A DNA stretch of 44,328 nucleotides. Origin: an uncultured Bacilli bacterium (GTDB lineage: Bacteria > Bacillota_I > Bacilli_A > RF39 > UBA660). The stretch is taken from positions 1-44,328 of the forward strand of contig CANRQF010000003.1 of NCBI GenBank assembly GCA_947632715.1. Direction: 5' to 3'. The position numbers and the translations under genes are program-made. The notes below the pieces were generated by a model. The model was not told where the DNA came from, did not search any database, and worked only from the letters and a program-made list of their open reading frames with translations. Below, piece after piece: positions 1 to 10,620 of the stretch. Numbering within the stretch: position 1 is the stretch's first letter; the number at the start of each line of letters is the position of its first letter.

Positions 1-359
1 ATATCCGGATATTTAGCATAATATTTTAAAGCATCTTTTACATTATCGACAAATTCATCATATACTTTAAAATCTGTAAAACATAAAATATTTTTATCAC
101 ATAATGTTTTTATCTCCCAATCATATTTGATATATTCATTTAAATCTAATTCTTTATTCATTATTATTTTTAAAAAATTTAATTCTTTTTTAGTACATAA
201 ACTAAATATATAATTTTCTTGATTATAAACATTAATAATTTCTTCAATCATTTTCTTTTTAGTTATTTTTTCATAATATTTTGGATCTTCAGTTACCTTT
301 AAATAAGCCTCATAAACATAGCTTTTAGAATATTTTTTCAAATCATCAATTAATTTCAT
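1..359 (-). CDS. hypothetical protein, N-terminal part (runs off the window)
   Basis: Own translation MKLIDDLKKYSKSYVYEAYLKV..., open to position 1; SD AAGAGG just upstream; not in the ORF track. Confidence 0.75.
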   Translation of the reverse strand, partial: MKLIDDLKKYSKSYVYEAYLKVTEDPKYYEKITKKKMIEEIINVYNQENYIFSLCTKKELNFLKIIMNKELDLNEYIKYDWEIKTLCDKNILCFTDFKVYDEFVDNVKDALKYYAKYPD

Positions 360-433
360 ATATACCTCTTTTTCTATATATTATCTTATTATTTACCATA
401 ATACAAGATTAAAAAAAAGAAATTGTTAATAAA

Positions 434-1351
434 TTAACTTGCTATAAACTCTGCTAAGTTTTCAATTGCTTGTTTTTTTAATTCAAAAGATGGATGAACA
501 TATAATTTTAAAGTTATTTCAATAGATGAATGTCCTAGTATTTCACTAAGTGTTTTAATATCCATTTTAGCCTCAATTGCTCTTGTAGCAAAGGTATGTC
601 TTAGCGTATGGAAATTAATATAATTAAGATTGCATTTTTTAATTACGCCACGATAAAATTCTTCAAAATATCTAGGATCATATAACTTATTACTACCTGA
701 TAATAAATAATAATCATTATCTTTAACTAATACTTTTAAATATTCCATAATAAACTTTGGAACTGGTACTGTTCTTTTAGATGTGTCACTTTTAGGAGTA
801 CTAGCAATTAATGTTGTTCTTGTTTTACCATTACTTTTATTTTTTATTCTAGCAATAGTTCTTTTAACTTCTAAAGAATTATTATAAAAATCAATATCTT
901 CCCATTTTAAACCACATACTTCACCTATTCTAAGTCCTGTATACATACACAAAAGTAAACATATTTTTCTAATATTAATATTAGTTTTTAAATAATTTAC
1001 TAAAATATTTTGTTCATCTTTAGAAAATATATAAATAGTTTTTAAATTATTTTTGACTTTTAAATCATTTAAATTAATATAATCTATATAATGTTCTTCA
1101 CAAGCAAATTTAGTGCTAGCTTTAATAATATAAATAATAGTTTTAATAACAGATAAAGATAAATTACTATCTTTATATTCATTAATAGTCTTGATAATTA
1201 TTTCTTTATTTAATTCATTTAAATATAAATTTCCTAAATAATTATTGATATATTTACTTATTATACCTTCATATCTAAGTTGTGATTGAATCTTAATATC
1301 TCCTTTTTGTTTTAACCATAACTTTAAAATATCTTTATATTTATAGGCCAT
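434..1351 (-). CDS. tyrosine recombinase/integrase (phage/ICE integrase family)
   Basis: TGLRIGE (R), PKS (K), FHTLRHT (HxxR), LGH, LYVH (Y) all intact; start moved to MAYKYKD behind SD GGGGTGA. Confidence 0.9.
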   Translation of the reverse strand: MAYKYKDILKLWLKQKGDIKIQSQLRYEGIISKYINNYLGNLYLNELNKEIIIKTINEYKDSNLSLSVIKTIIYIIKASTKFACEEHYIDYINLNDLKVKNNLKTIYIFSKDEQNILVNYLKTNINIRKICLLLCMYTGLRIGEVCGLKWEDIDFYNNSLEVKRTIARIKNKSNGKTRTTLIASTPKSDTSKRTVPVPKFIMEYLKVLVKDNDYYLLSGSNKLYDPRYFEEFYRGVIKKCNLNYINFHTLRHTFATRAIEAKMDIKTLSEILGHSSIEITLKLYVHPSFELKKQAIENLAEFIAS

Positions 1352-1401
1352 TATCTCACCCCCTGAAATGTATATTTTAGTACACATTTTAAAACAATAC
1401 A

Positions 1402-1425
1402 AAAAAAGTAGAAAAATTCTACTTT
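1402..1425. terminator. hairpin AAAGTAGAA-AAA-TTCTACTTT, likely terminator of spoVID-ysxE
   Basis: 9-bp inverted repeat with a T-tract on the minus strand. Confidence 0.55.
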
Positions 1426-1469
1426 CACACTTCTTTATAAATTAAATATATTATTATAGGTGAACATAT

Positions 1470-1643
1470 ATGGTAAGAAGACCTAATCCAACTTTTTATA
1501 TCTTTTGTGCAATTGGTTTATGTATATTAATATTCTATCAATTAATTATAACTTTTATTTTACCATTTCGTTATAATATTTTTATCTTAACCGTTGAAAT
1601 TATTCTCTTATTCTTCTGTATCAGCCGCATAATATGGTTTTAA
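1470..1643 (+). CDS. 57-aa membrane protein, YszA-like
   Basis: MVRRPNPTFYIFCAIGLCILIFYQLIITFILPFRYNIFILTVEIILLFFCISRIIWF; SD AGGTGA; convergent with and overlapping the ysxE 3' end, the position of B. subtilis yszA; below the ORF-track cutoff. Confidence 0.6.
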   Translation: MVRRPNPTFYIFCAIGLCILIFYQLIITFILPFRYNIFILTVEIILLFFCISRIIWF

Positions 1644-2507
1644 AAATAGTTCTGTCTTATAGACATAATCTAAATCTTTACGCATATTTTTACAAATAGT
1701 AAATTCATCACCTTCAAATTTAATTTCTGGTACTAATGATATTAATACAAAAAACAATTTTTCTTCTTCTATAGATAAGTTATTAATCATTTTATATTTT
1801 TCATAAATAGTACTAAATTCTAATTCCCAAAAATTATGCTGATACAATTTATATAAATCTAAGATGGGTGTATCAAACTTAGCTTTATCCCAACTTATTA
1901 AATAATCTTTATCACTTCTTAAATAATGGTCTAAACTTAAATTATTATGAATGAGAGATATTCTTTCATTCTTTTTTTCTTTAACCATACTATACCAGTT
2001 ATCAAGTTCTCTTTCGGTAAACTCTAAAGCAGCTTTTAATTTCGAATAATTTCTTAAAAATTCATATTCTGATGGTGAATTATAAATATTTTTTAAATAA
2101 AGTTCATAATATTTTAAATAATAATCTTTTAAATATAATATATTATTTTTAATATCTTCATATATTTCTTTAAAAGTTTCTTCTGATACTTCTTTACTAT
2201 ATGATGTTTTAGAGTGAAGTAATGCTACAACGGAAATTAAATCTTCACTCTTAGATGGATTTATTACTTCATTATCTTCTACATACTCATATATATAAGT
2301 ATCATCTCGACTAGTATTATATATTTCGGGAAAATAATTAAAATTTCGGGATTTTAAATAATTAAAAATACTAATCAAATCTTTATTTTTAGGTTTATCT
2401 TTTACAACAAAATTACCACTTGTAGTTTCTAATATAGTACACTTACCTCTTATTGTATAACGATAAGGTTTATATAAAGATTTTAAAGTTTCTAATCTAT
2501 TCATCAC
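1608..2507 (-). CDS. ysxE: spore coat protein YsxE/CotS family (kinase-like fold)
   Basis: LHSKT, LIHNNLSLDHYL, ISWDKAKFDTPILDL motifs; directly after a spoVID-like gene. Confidence 0.75.
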   Translation of the reverse strand: MMNRLETLKSLYKPYRYTIRGKCTILETTSGNFVVKDKPKNKDLISIFNYLKSRNFNYFPEIYNTSRDDTYIYEYVEDNEVINPSKSEDLISVVALLHSKTSYSKEVSEETFKEIYEDIKNNILYLKDYYLKYYELYLKNIYNSPSEYEFLRNYSKLKAALEFTERELDNWYSMVKEKKNERISLIHNNLSLDHYLRSDKDYLISWDKAKFDTPILDLYKLYQHNFWELEFSTIYEKYKMINNLSIEEEKLFFVLISLVPEIKFEGDEFTICKNMRKDLDYVYKTELFLKPYYAADTEE

Positions 2508-3315
2508 CTAGAGGAATTAATACTTTATCACCAACATTTAAAGCATCTATATTATTGTATTCATTAATTAAAGATACAGGTACTTTATACAGTGTACTTA
2601 TTGATTCAAAAGTTTCATTTTCTTTAACAATATGGATATGATATGTAACAAAGGTATCATCTTCATTTTTAATAGTATCCATTATTGTTTTTTCATCCTC
2701 ACTATCTAATCTTTCTTTAATTATTTCTTCGGTAACTGATTCTTTTACTTCTTCATTAATATCTTTTACTTTTTCATCTATTTTTTCTTCTTCAACCATT
2801 TGTTCTTCCTTTCTATCTTCTTCCACCACATCTTTAACTTCTTTATCATTTTCATCCTCACTTTCTTTTTCTTCCGCACTTACATCTACTTCTGTATCCG
2901 TTATGGCATCATCCATAAAAGCTAAATCACTATTCATCTCTTCATCATCTACTCGCTCAAATAATTCATCATTACTATCATCAATTAAATCTTCTAAAAC
3001 ATCACCAGATAAAGAGTATTCAATATTAATTTTTAATTTAGTATTATCTACAATATCATAAGAAAAATCTTCAATATTAAAATCTACTGATTCTCTATCG
3101 ATATCACTTCTAAGTTCTACTGTAAAAGGTAAAGTATACTTAAATTCTTCAGTATTAACACTTAATTCATGACTTTTATATTCACCACTTATATAAAAAT
3201 TACCAAGAACTACTCCATCATTGACATTATAATCATGTTCTAAAGACATTTTAGTTATTTCACGAATATTACTTTTAAAATCGATTTCACTTTCAAAGGG
3301 TATTTTTATAAACAT
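2497..3315 (-). CDS. spoVID: SpoVID-like coat morphogenetic protein (N-terminal domain, acidic linker, C-terminal LysM)
   Basis: C-terminal LysM HIVKENETFESISTLYKV...NVGDKVLIP; E/D-rich linker; SD AGGAG before MFIKIPF; synteny with ysxE. Confidence 0.75.
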   Translation of the reverse strand: MFIKIPFESEIDFKSNIREITKMSLEHDYNVNDGVVLGNFYISGEYKSHELSVNTEEFKYTLPFTVELRSDIDRESVDFNIEDFSYDIVDNTKLKINIEYSLSGDVLEDLIDDSNDELFERVDDEEMNSDLAFMDDAITDTEVDVSAEEKESEDENDKEVKDVVEEDRKEEQMVEEEKIDEKVKDINEEVKESVTEEIIKERLDSEDEKTIMDTIKNEDDTFVTYHIHIVKENETFESISTLYKVPVSLINEYNNIDALNVGDKVLIPLGDE

Positions 3316-3369
3316 ATTATCATCTCCTAAAAAATAATATGTCATAAAAAAAATAATATAACTAAGATA

Positions 3370-5652
3370 TTATTTTTTTTGTCTATTAAATAAATCATTA
3401 AAGATAGTATCATAATTTTTAACTAATTTAATTTCTACACTATCTAAAACTACCTTTGGTATTTCTTTTAAATCTTTTTCATTATCAAATGGAATATATA
3501 CTTTTTTAATACCATAATTATAAGCAGCGATAAGTTTCTCTTTTAAGCCACCAACTTTTATTAAATCACCTTTTAAAGATATTTCACCCGTAAATGAGAC
3601 ATCATTACCAATTACCACATCAAGTAGTTTAGATAAAATAACGGTAACAATGGCTACCCCACAAGAAGGACCATCTTTTTTTAATGAAGAAGATAAGAAA
3701 TGAATATGAAGGGTATGATCATAAAACATAGTATTACTAACATAATTTTTTTCTCTAATAAATGATAAAGCCACCATAACACTTTCTTTTAGTACTTCTC
3801 CAAGTTGACCTGTTAAAATAACTTTTTCATCACCATTAAATATCGAACACTCTAATCTAGTAACATCGCCACCTATATTAGTATAGGCTAAGATATTAAC
3901 TACACCTGAATTATTAATTTCTTTATTTTCTAAAGATTCTCCTTCTTTTAAATATTTAACAACTTCTAATTCTCCTACTACTAAAGATTTAGTTGATGTA
4001 ATTAATTTCGTAATCAACTTTTTTAATATTCTTTCTAAATCACGAACACCAGCTTCTTTAGTATAATTATTGATTATATACATAATTGTTTCATCTTTAA
4101 TTAATAATTTACGACTCATATTAAATTCATCATAAATCTTTGGTAAGATATATTTTTTGGCAATATCAACTTTTTCAAAAATATTATAACTAGAAAGTTC
4201 AATAATTTCTAAACGATCATATAAAGGATATGGTATATCTTTAATATCATTAGCAGTAAGAACAAACATAACTTGACTTAAATCAAATGGTTCTTCAATA
4301 TAGTTATCTACAAAATGAACATTTTGGGTACTATCTAATATGTCTAATAAAGTACTGGCTGGATCTCCCTTATAATCCTTAACCATTTTATCTACTTCAT
4401 CAATTAAAATAACAGGATTTTTAGTATTACATTTCTTTATGGCTTGAATAATTTTACCAGGTAAACTTCCTAAATAAGTACGACGGGAACCAACGAGTTC
4501 AGTAGCATCATTTAAACCACCAACACTTATTTTATAATATTCTCTATTTAAAGCATGAGCAATACTTTCCGTAATAGTAGTTTTACCAATTCCTGGCGGA
4601 CCAACTAAACAAATAATAGGACTACTAATCTCCGGATTAATATTTTTAATATTGATATAATCTTCAATTCTTGATTTAATTTCATTTAAACCAAAATGAC
4701 TTTTATTAAGCTTATTCAATACTGATTTTACATTAAGATTTTCTTTACTTAAAGTATTCCAAGGTAAATTTAATGTCCAATCCAAATAATTTTTAAGCAC
4801 ACCATGTTCAGGTGAATTTGATGATAAATTTTTTAATCTAGTTATACTCTCATATAATTTAGTAAAAGTCTTTTTATCTAAATCTAAAGTATTTAATTTA
4901 TCATAGTATTCTTTTATTTCATCATCGTATTCTTTAGCATCTCCTAAAGCAAGTTCTATTTCTTTTAATTTTTCTTTTAAATAATATTCCTCTTGTTCTT
5001 TAGATAATCTTATTTCAATATTATTATCTATTTTTTCTTCTAACTCTATATGTTTAATTTCAGTTTTTATATCTTTTATTAATGATAATGCTCTTTTTTC
5101 TGGATTAACTTCTTGCATATATTGCATTTTTTGTTTTGGTTTAAGTGGTAAAAAAGTGGTAATCGCATCACATAAGAAACTTAAATCATCATTATCATTA
5201 ACTACTTTTAATATACTATTAGAAATATTTGGTGAAGATTCGATATAACTATTTAAATTATCTCTTAATTTATTTTTTATAACTTCTTCTCCATTAGCTT
5301 CAAACTTAGGTAATACGATATCACAAAAATAGGCACTAATAATATCATCACTAAACGCTTTATAATTAAGTATTCTAACTCTTTTTTCTCCTCGTAAAGT
5401 AAGTCTTAAATTACCATTAGATAATTCTAATTTGTTTTTAATTACCGCAATAACACCCACTAAAGGAAGATCAGCAATTGATGGAGTTAACGTATTAGTA
5501 TTAGGTGTAACAATTAAAACTCTATTATTATATTTTTTATTACTAACTTTAATTATTTTTTTACTTATTTCATCTTTTAATTCAATTTTTATTTCTTGAA
5601 AAGGCAAGATTACTAGGTCCTTAAGTAACATTACTAATACTAAATTATCCAT
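3370..5652 (-). CDS. lon: Lon ATP-dependent protease
   Basis: Walker A GPPGIGKT, ILIDEVDK, catalytic DGPS and GGLKEK. Confidence 0.95.
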   Translation of the reverse strand: MDNLVLVMLLKDLVILPFQEIKIELKDEISKKIIKVSNKKYNNRVLIVTPNTNTLTPSIADLPLVGVIAVIKNKLELSNGNLRLTLRGEKRVRILNYKAFSDDIISAYFCDIVLPKFEANGEEVIKNKLRDNLNSYIESSPNISNSILKVVNDNDDLSFLCDAITTFLPLKPKQKMQYMQEVNPEKRALSLIKDIKTEIKHIELEEKIDNNIEIRLSKEQEEYYLKEKLKEIELALGDAKEYDDEIKEYYDKLNTLDLDKKTFTKLYESITRLKNLSSNSPEHGVLKNYLDWTLNLPWNTLSKENLNVKSVLNKLNKSHFGLNEIKSRIEDYINIKNINPEISSPIICLVGPPGIGKTTITESIAHALNREYYKISVGGLNDATELVGSRRTYLGSLPGKIIQAIKKCNTKNPVILIDEVDKMVKDYKGDPASTLLDILDSTQNVHFVDNYIEEPFDLSQVMFVLTANDIKDIPYPLYDRLEIIELSSYNIFEKVDIAKKYILPKIYDEFNMSRKLLIKDETIMYIINNYTKEAGVRDLERILKKLITKLITSTKSLVVGELEVVKYLKEGESLENKEINNSGVVNILAYTNIGGDVTRLECSIFNGDEKVILTGQLGEVLKESVMVALSFIREKNYVSNTMFYDHTLHIHFLSSSLKKDGPSCGVAIVTVILSKLLDVVIGNDVSFTGEISLKGDLIKVGGLKEKLIAAYNYGIKKVYIPFDNEKDLKEIPKVVLDSVEIKLVKNYDTIFNDLFNRQKK

Positions 5653-5743
5653 AGTAACACCTCCAAAATATAAATCTTATTATAATGGTAAAAAAATAAT
5701 TTGTAAATAAAAATTAAGTGATTTTTTCGAAAAATTTTGAAAG

Positions 5744-5770
5744 AAAAAAGGCAACTAAAAAGTTGCCCTT
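5744..5770 (-). terminator. intrinsic terminator
   Basis: GGCAACT/AGTTGCC stem plus T-tract. Confidence 0.75.
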
Positions 5771-5777
5771 AAAACTC

Positions 5778-6164
5778 TTAATTTAAAGTTAAAGTACGCT
5801 TATTTTTAATATTTAAATCTTCATAATCTAAGCCATTTATATTAATAAATTTCTTACTATCTTCTAATGGTATTATATTATAATAATAAGTTTTATTTAT
5901 ATCATTAATAACTCCTATTTCATAACCTACATCATTATATTTAATTAAATATTTCTCATTAAATATATCTGTTATACCTTTTATACCTAATTTATTTGCA
6001 TATAGTTCTACATATTCAAAAATATATTTTACTAATGTTTCTATAGTATAATCAATATTTTCTTTATCTTCTTTATAAGTAATAGATTCTACTTCTTGCA
6101 TACTTTCTTCTAATATTAATATTAAGTTTTCAATTATATATCTTATATATGAAATATCGTTCAT
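5778..6164 (-). CDS. hypothetical protein
   Basis: 128-aa ORF with SD GGGGGT, between tig and lon. Confidence 0.7.
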   Translation of the reverse strand: MNDISYIRYIIENLILILEESMQEVESITYKEDKENIDYTIETLVKYIFEYVELYANKLGIKGITDIFNEKYLIKYNDVGYEIGVINDINKTYYYNIIPLEDSKKFININGLDYEDLNIKNKRTLTLN

Positions 6165-6188
6165 TTTTTTACCCCCTAAACAATCTAT

Positions 6189-7436
6189 CTAATTATTTTC
6201 TTTTAATATTTCTAATGCTCTATGCATTTTCATATCATATTTTACTACTTCTAAAGAGCCATAAGCATTAATAAGTTCTTCTTTTTTAATACCATAGTTA
6301 GTAGCCATTTCTTCTGCTTTAGCATCTACTTCTTTTTCTGTAAAATCAATTTTTTCAGTATCAGCAATATATTCTAATAAGAATCTTTCTTTGATTCTCT
6401 TAATTGCTTCTGGTTCTATTTGTTTATGTAAATCTTCATGAGTTGTACCCGTAATACGATAATAATCTTCTATTTTTAAACCTTGTGATGCAAGTCTTCT
6501 TTCATAATCTTCAATCATACGATGTACTTCATCATCAACAATTTCATCATTTAATTCTACTTCAACATTTTTTATTGCTTTATTTAAAAGATCATCAATA
6601 AATTTATTTTCTATTTCAGTTTCTTTTCTTTCTTTAATAGTCTTTTCTACTTCTTTATCAAATTCTTCTTTAGTAGTTACATTATCTAAACCTAAATCTT
6701 TATAAAAATCTTCATTGATTTCTGGTAATTCTTTAGTCTTAATTTCATGAATTTTTACTTTAAATATTACTGGTTTATTTTTTAAATGTTCTACATATTC
6801 ATTTGGAAAAGTTAAATTTAAAGTAACTTCTTCATCTTGTTTATGACCAATTAATCCTTCTTCAAATCCTGGAATAAATGTATGTGATCCAATTTCTAAA
6901 GGATAATTTTCACCCTTACCACCATCAAGTGGTTTACCATCTACTTCACCATCAAAATCAATAACTACCGTATCACCATTTTCAACTTTACCATCTTCTT
7001 TAACTACTACTTCAGCTAAATTAGTTCTTAAAGTTTCAATTTCATTTTCTATTTCTTCTTTAGTTACTTTAACTTTATCTTTTTTAACTCCTAAATCTTT
7101 ATAACTACTTACTTTAACTTCTGGTTTAGTAATAATTTTAAATTTTAAAATAATACTTCCATCAGATATGCCAGTAATATCAATTAATGGTTGAGTAACT
7201 GGTACTAAATCATTTTCTTTCATTACTTGTTCATAACCAATAGTTATTGCTTCATTAATAGCATCTTCATATAATGGTTCATATCCCATTTTCTTAATAA
7301 ATACTTCTTTTGGAGCAGCACCTTTTCTAAAGCCATCAATTTTTGTATTTTTATTTACTTTCTTAAAAGCTTTATCAAGACAATTTGCCCATTTCTCACC
7401 TTCTAGTTTTACTTCAATTTCATGTACGTTTTTCAT
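6189..7436 (-). CDS. tig: trigger factor
   Basis: GFRKG ribosome-binding motif; FKBP domain IGSHTFIPGFEEGLIG. Confidence 0.97.
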   Translation of the reverse strand: MKNVHEIEVKLEGEKWANCLDKAFKKVNKNTKIDGFRKGAAPKEVFIKKMGYEPLYEDAINEAITIGYEQVMKENDLVPVTQPLIDITGISDGSIILKFKIITKPEVKVSSYKDLGVKKDKVKVTKEEIENEIETLRTNLAEVVVKEDGKVENGDTVVIDFDGEVDGKPLDGGKGENYPLEIGSHTFIPGFEEGLIGHKQDEEVTLNLTFPNEYVEHLKNKPVIFKVKIHEIKTKELPEINEDFYKDLGLDNVTTKEEFDKEVEKTIKERKETEIENKFIDDLLNKAIKNVEVELNDEIVDDEVHRMIEDYERRLASQGLKIEDYYRITGTTHEDLHKQIEPEAIKRIKERFLLEYIADTEKIDFTEKEVDAKAEEMATNYGIKKEELINAYGSLEVVKYDMKMHRALEILKENN

Positions 7437-7545
7437 AAATTCCCTCGTTTCTTCGTTATGTATTATAATATATTTCTCTTAACTTTACAAGATAAAGAGT
7501 ATTTCATTTTTAAAATAAATGTTTAATTAAAAAAAGCCTAAATAA

Positions 7546-8016
7546 TTAGGCTATATTTAAGATTGTGATATTATAACCACCATTTGGACTTTCAACTAAA
7601 ACTGTATCACCAGTTTTATGTCCTTTCATGGCAACACCGATTGGTGATTCCACAGATATTTTATTATTAAATGGATCTGCTTCAACAGAAGATACTATTT
7701 TATATTCTTCTTCTTCACCATCTTCATCTTTAATAGTAACTACGGAACCAATGCCAACGCCACTGCCTTTTTTCTTAGCATCAACAATTTTACTATGTTC
7801 TAGTTTATATTCTAATTCTTTAATTCTAGCTTCAATTTGAGCTTGGTCATTACGAGCAGCATCATAATCAGCATTTTCAGATAAATCACCCATTGCTCTT
7901 GCTTCTTTTAAAGCTATAATAACTTCTTTTCTTTTAACATTTTTAAGTTCATCTAATTCAGTTTCTAACTCCAAATAACCCTCTGCAGTTAATTCAAAAA
8001 CATCATCTTTTTTCAT
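7546..8016 (-). CDS. greA: transcription elongation factor GreA
   Basis: GDLSENADYDAA, ISVESPIG. Confidence 0.97.
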   Translation of the reverse strand: MKKDDVFELTAEGYLELETELDELKNVKRKEVIIALKEARAMGDLSENADYDAARNDQAQIEARIKELEYKLEHSKIVDAKKKGSGVGIGSVVTIKDEDGEEEEYKIVSSVEADPFNNKISVESPIGVAMKGHKTGDTVLVESPNGGYNITILNIA

Positions 8017-8054
8017 GTTAAATCTCTCCTTTTTATATGACTTACCAAATGATA

Positions 8055-9245
8055 CTATAAATCATTATTTTTGTCAAATATTTTTAAACGCATCATCGCA
8101 AATTTTGGTAAATCTTCATCAAATTTTAACTTAATTATCATCTTTGGATGGCGTGCTACTTCAATATTATTATTATCTTCATCAAATATTTCTTTTATAG
8201 TATATGTTATTTCATCTATATTAGGACCAATAAATTCAACAACATCACCAATTTTAAAATAATTTCTTTGCTCTATTATAAGCATTTTATTCTTAAAATC
8301 ATAATCTATGACTATTCCTAAGAAATCTTGATTACTTACTTCCATTCTATCTTGAAAATAACTTTCATTAGGTCCTGGAAACTTATGGTAAAACTGAGGT
8401 GTTGTATCTCGGTTAGCTACTCTATCTAAAATTAACTCATAATATTTCAAATCTTTTTCCGTAAGACTTTTATTTAAAATACCATCAATTATTTTCCGAT
8501 AACACATAATAACGGTGGCAATATAATATATTGAACGCATTCTACCTTCAACTTTAAAGGAATTTACTCCAATATTAATCATATCTTCTAAAAATTCAAC
8601 CATATTTAAATCTTTACTCATTAAAGTAAAAGGAATACTTTCTTTATCACATCTATTAAAAACCCAACGACATATTTGGGCACAACCACCACGATTAGAA
8701 TCTCTACCTGTCATATAATTTGATAAAATACATTTACCACTTATGGATGTACACATTGCCCCATGGATAAAGCATTCTAATTCAACATTACATTCTTTTT
8801 TAATTCTAATAATGTCTTCTCTTGTAGCTTCTCTTCCTAAAACAAATCTTTTTACCCCTAAACTTTTCCAAAAATTAATTGCTTCATAATTAAGGGTACT
8901 AGCTTGAGTTGATAAAATGACATCTATTCCTAATTCTTTAGCCATATTTACAATCACAATATCGCTAGCAATTATGGCATCAACATGCATATCTTTTAAT
9001 TTTTGTAAATAAGTTTTAACATCTTTTAAATTTTCATCATGAAAAACAATATTAACTGTCACATAAACTTTTTTATTTATTTTATGCGCTAGATTAATAC
9101 CTTTCTCTATTTCTTCTAAACTAAAATTCTTCGCATTAGCTCTTAAACTATAGTCATAACCACCAATATAAACTGCATCGGCACCATATAAAAGAGCAAT
9201 TTCCAATCTTTCTAAATCTCCCGCTGGAGCTAGTAACTCAACCAT
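8055..9245 (-). CDS. yrrO: U32 family tRNA U34 hydroxylation protein (YrrO/TrhP-type)
   Basis: ELLAPAG, HGAMCTSISGKC...NRGGCAQICR Fe-S motif, KVEGRMRS. Confidence 0.88.
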   Translation of the reverse strand: MVELLAPAGDLERLEIALLYGADAVYIGGYDYSLRANAKNFSLEEIEKGINLAHKINKKVYVTVNIVFHDENLKDVKTYLQKLKDMHVDAIIASDIVIVNMAKELGIDVILSTQASTLNYEAINFWKSLGVKRFVLGREATREDIIRIKKECNVELECFIHGAMCTSISGKCILSNYMTGRDSNRGGCAQICRWVFNRCDKESIPFTLMSKDLNMVEFLEDMINIGVNSFKVEGRMRSIYYIATVIMCYRKIIDGILNKSLTEKDLKYYELILDRVANRDTTPQFYHKFPGPNESYFQDRMEVSNQDFLGIVIDYDFKNKMLIIEQRNYFKIGDVVEFIGPNIDEITYTIKEIFDEDNNNIEVARHPKMIIKLKFDEDLPKFAMMRLKIFDKNNDL

Positions 9246-10020
9246 TGTTATCCCCCTTTAATTTATATATAGTTCCTTTATCTAAAAAAGCTCGATCAGT
9301 TTCTATTTTACTTTCATTTTTTAATAGAGATATAACATCATCAACACTTAAAAATGCTGAATTAATAAAGTAATACTTACATGGATATTTCATTAAAGAT
9401 AGACCATTAAATAAAGGCATATGATAAAGAATTGTCCCATAATCATTTTCATATACTAAAAATTTATGATTAGTATTTTCTATTTCTATTGGATTATCTT
9501 TTTCAATATTATGAAATTTAACATAATTATCAATAAGTAATCTTCTTGAATACATAGATTTAATATATCCTAAAACAAATAAAGTTAATTTATCAGGAAT
9601 AGATTTAACAATATATTCTATTTCACTTTCTTTTATATCAGTGGAAATAACTACACTTTGAACATAATTTAAATAGATAGAGATTGATTCAATATTACTA
9701 TTAAAATGACTTAAATATAATATCTTTTCTATATCTAAATCTTTTACAATAGGTATTATTCCTAAATCATCAAAAATAATACCTTTAACATTCTTTATCT
9801 TTTTTAACTCTTCTTTTAATTTATCTATTCCTTCATTATCTAAAATTCTATTAACTAATAAATAATTATTTTCGTATACATTATTAATTTCAGACATAGA
9901 AAAAGTATTAGGTATGCCTACACAAAAGCCTTCCAAAGGAAAGACAAATGAATTAATACCTAATTTTTTTAATTTTTTTATATCTTCAAGATTATTTATT
10001 GTGATTAAAACTTTATTCAT
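9238..10020 (-). CDS. yrrN: U32 family partner subunit (YrrN-like)
   Basis: MYSRRLLIDNY motif, no Cys cluster; yrrM-yrrN-yrrO order. Confidence 0.75.
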   Translation of the reverse strand: MNKVLITINNLEDIKKLKKLGINSFVFPLEGFCVGIPNTFSMSEINNVYENNYLLVNRILDNEGIDKLKEELKKIKNVKGIIFDDLGIIPIVKDLDIEKILYLSHFNSNIESISIYLNYVQSVVISTDIKESEIEYIVKSIPDKLTLFVLGYIKSMYSRRLLIDNYVKFHNIEKDNPIEIENTNHKFLVYENDYGTILYHMPLFNGLSLMKYPCKYYFINSAFLSVDDVISLLKNESKIETDRAFLDKGTIYKLKGDNNG

Positions 10021-10606
10021 GTTTCCAAGTACTTACAGATAATCCATCGCCAATATCATAAAATTTAGTGTCAAATTCTTCATTTTCTTTTAGAAAATCA
10101 ATATAATTTTCAATTTTAGTAACTAAACTTTTTAAATTCTTACTTTCAATTTCATCTTTATTACCAACATAACCATGAAATTTTAAATTATCTGTAATTA
10201 TAGCTCCTGTATCTTTTAAGAAATATTTATATTTTTCAAAAAATTTAGTATATTGACCTTTGGCTGCATCAATAAATATTAAATCATATTTTACTTCTTC
10301 TGATAAATTAACATCTAAAGCATCTTGAAATACGACATTTATTCTTTTATCAAGACCACATCTTTTGACATTTTTTAAACATTCCATATATCTAGTTTCG
10401 TCTCTTTCAATAGTTGTTACAAATGCATCTTTGTTAGCACTAGCCATTAAGATAGCAGAATAACCAATGGCACTACCTATTTCGAGAATATTTTTAACAT
10501 TATTCTCTTTAATATATTTCATTATAAAAGCAATGGATTTTTTCTCAATAATGGGAACATTTTTCTCCTGAGCATAATCTTCCATTTCTAATATTAATTC
10601 TTTCAT
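10013..10606 (-). CDS. trmR: tRNA 5-hydroxyuridine O-methyltransferase (YrrM/TrmR)
   Basis: LEIGSAIGYS, FIDAAKGQY; synteny. Confidence 0.85.
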   Translation of the reverse strand: MKELILEMEDYAQEKNVPIIEKKSIAFIMKYIKENNVKNILEIGSAIGYSAILMASANKDAFVTTIERDETRYMECLKNVKRCGLDKRINVVFQDALDVNLSEEVKYDLIFIDAAKGQYTKFFEKYKYFLKDTGAIITDNLKFHGYVGNKDEIESKNLKSLVTKIENYIDFLKENEEFDTKFYDIGDGLSVSTWKHE

Positions 10607-10620
10607 TTACTAATCACCTA

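Noticed and set aside
434-1351. Prophage
   Set aside because: No structural, replication or lysis genes in the window
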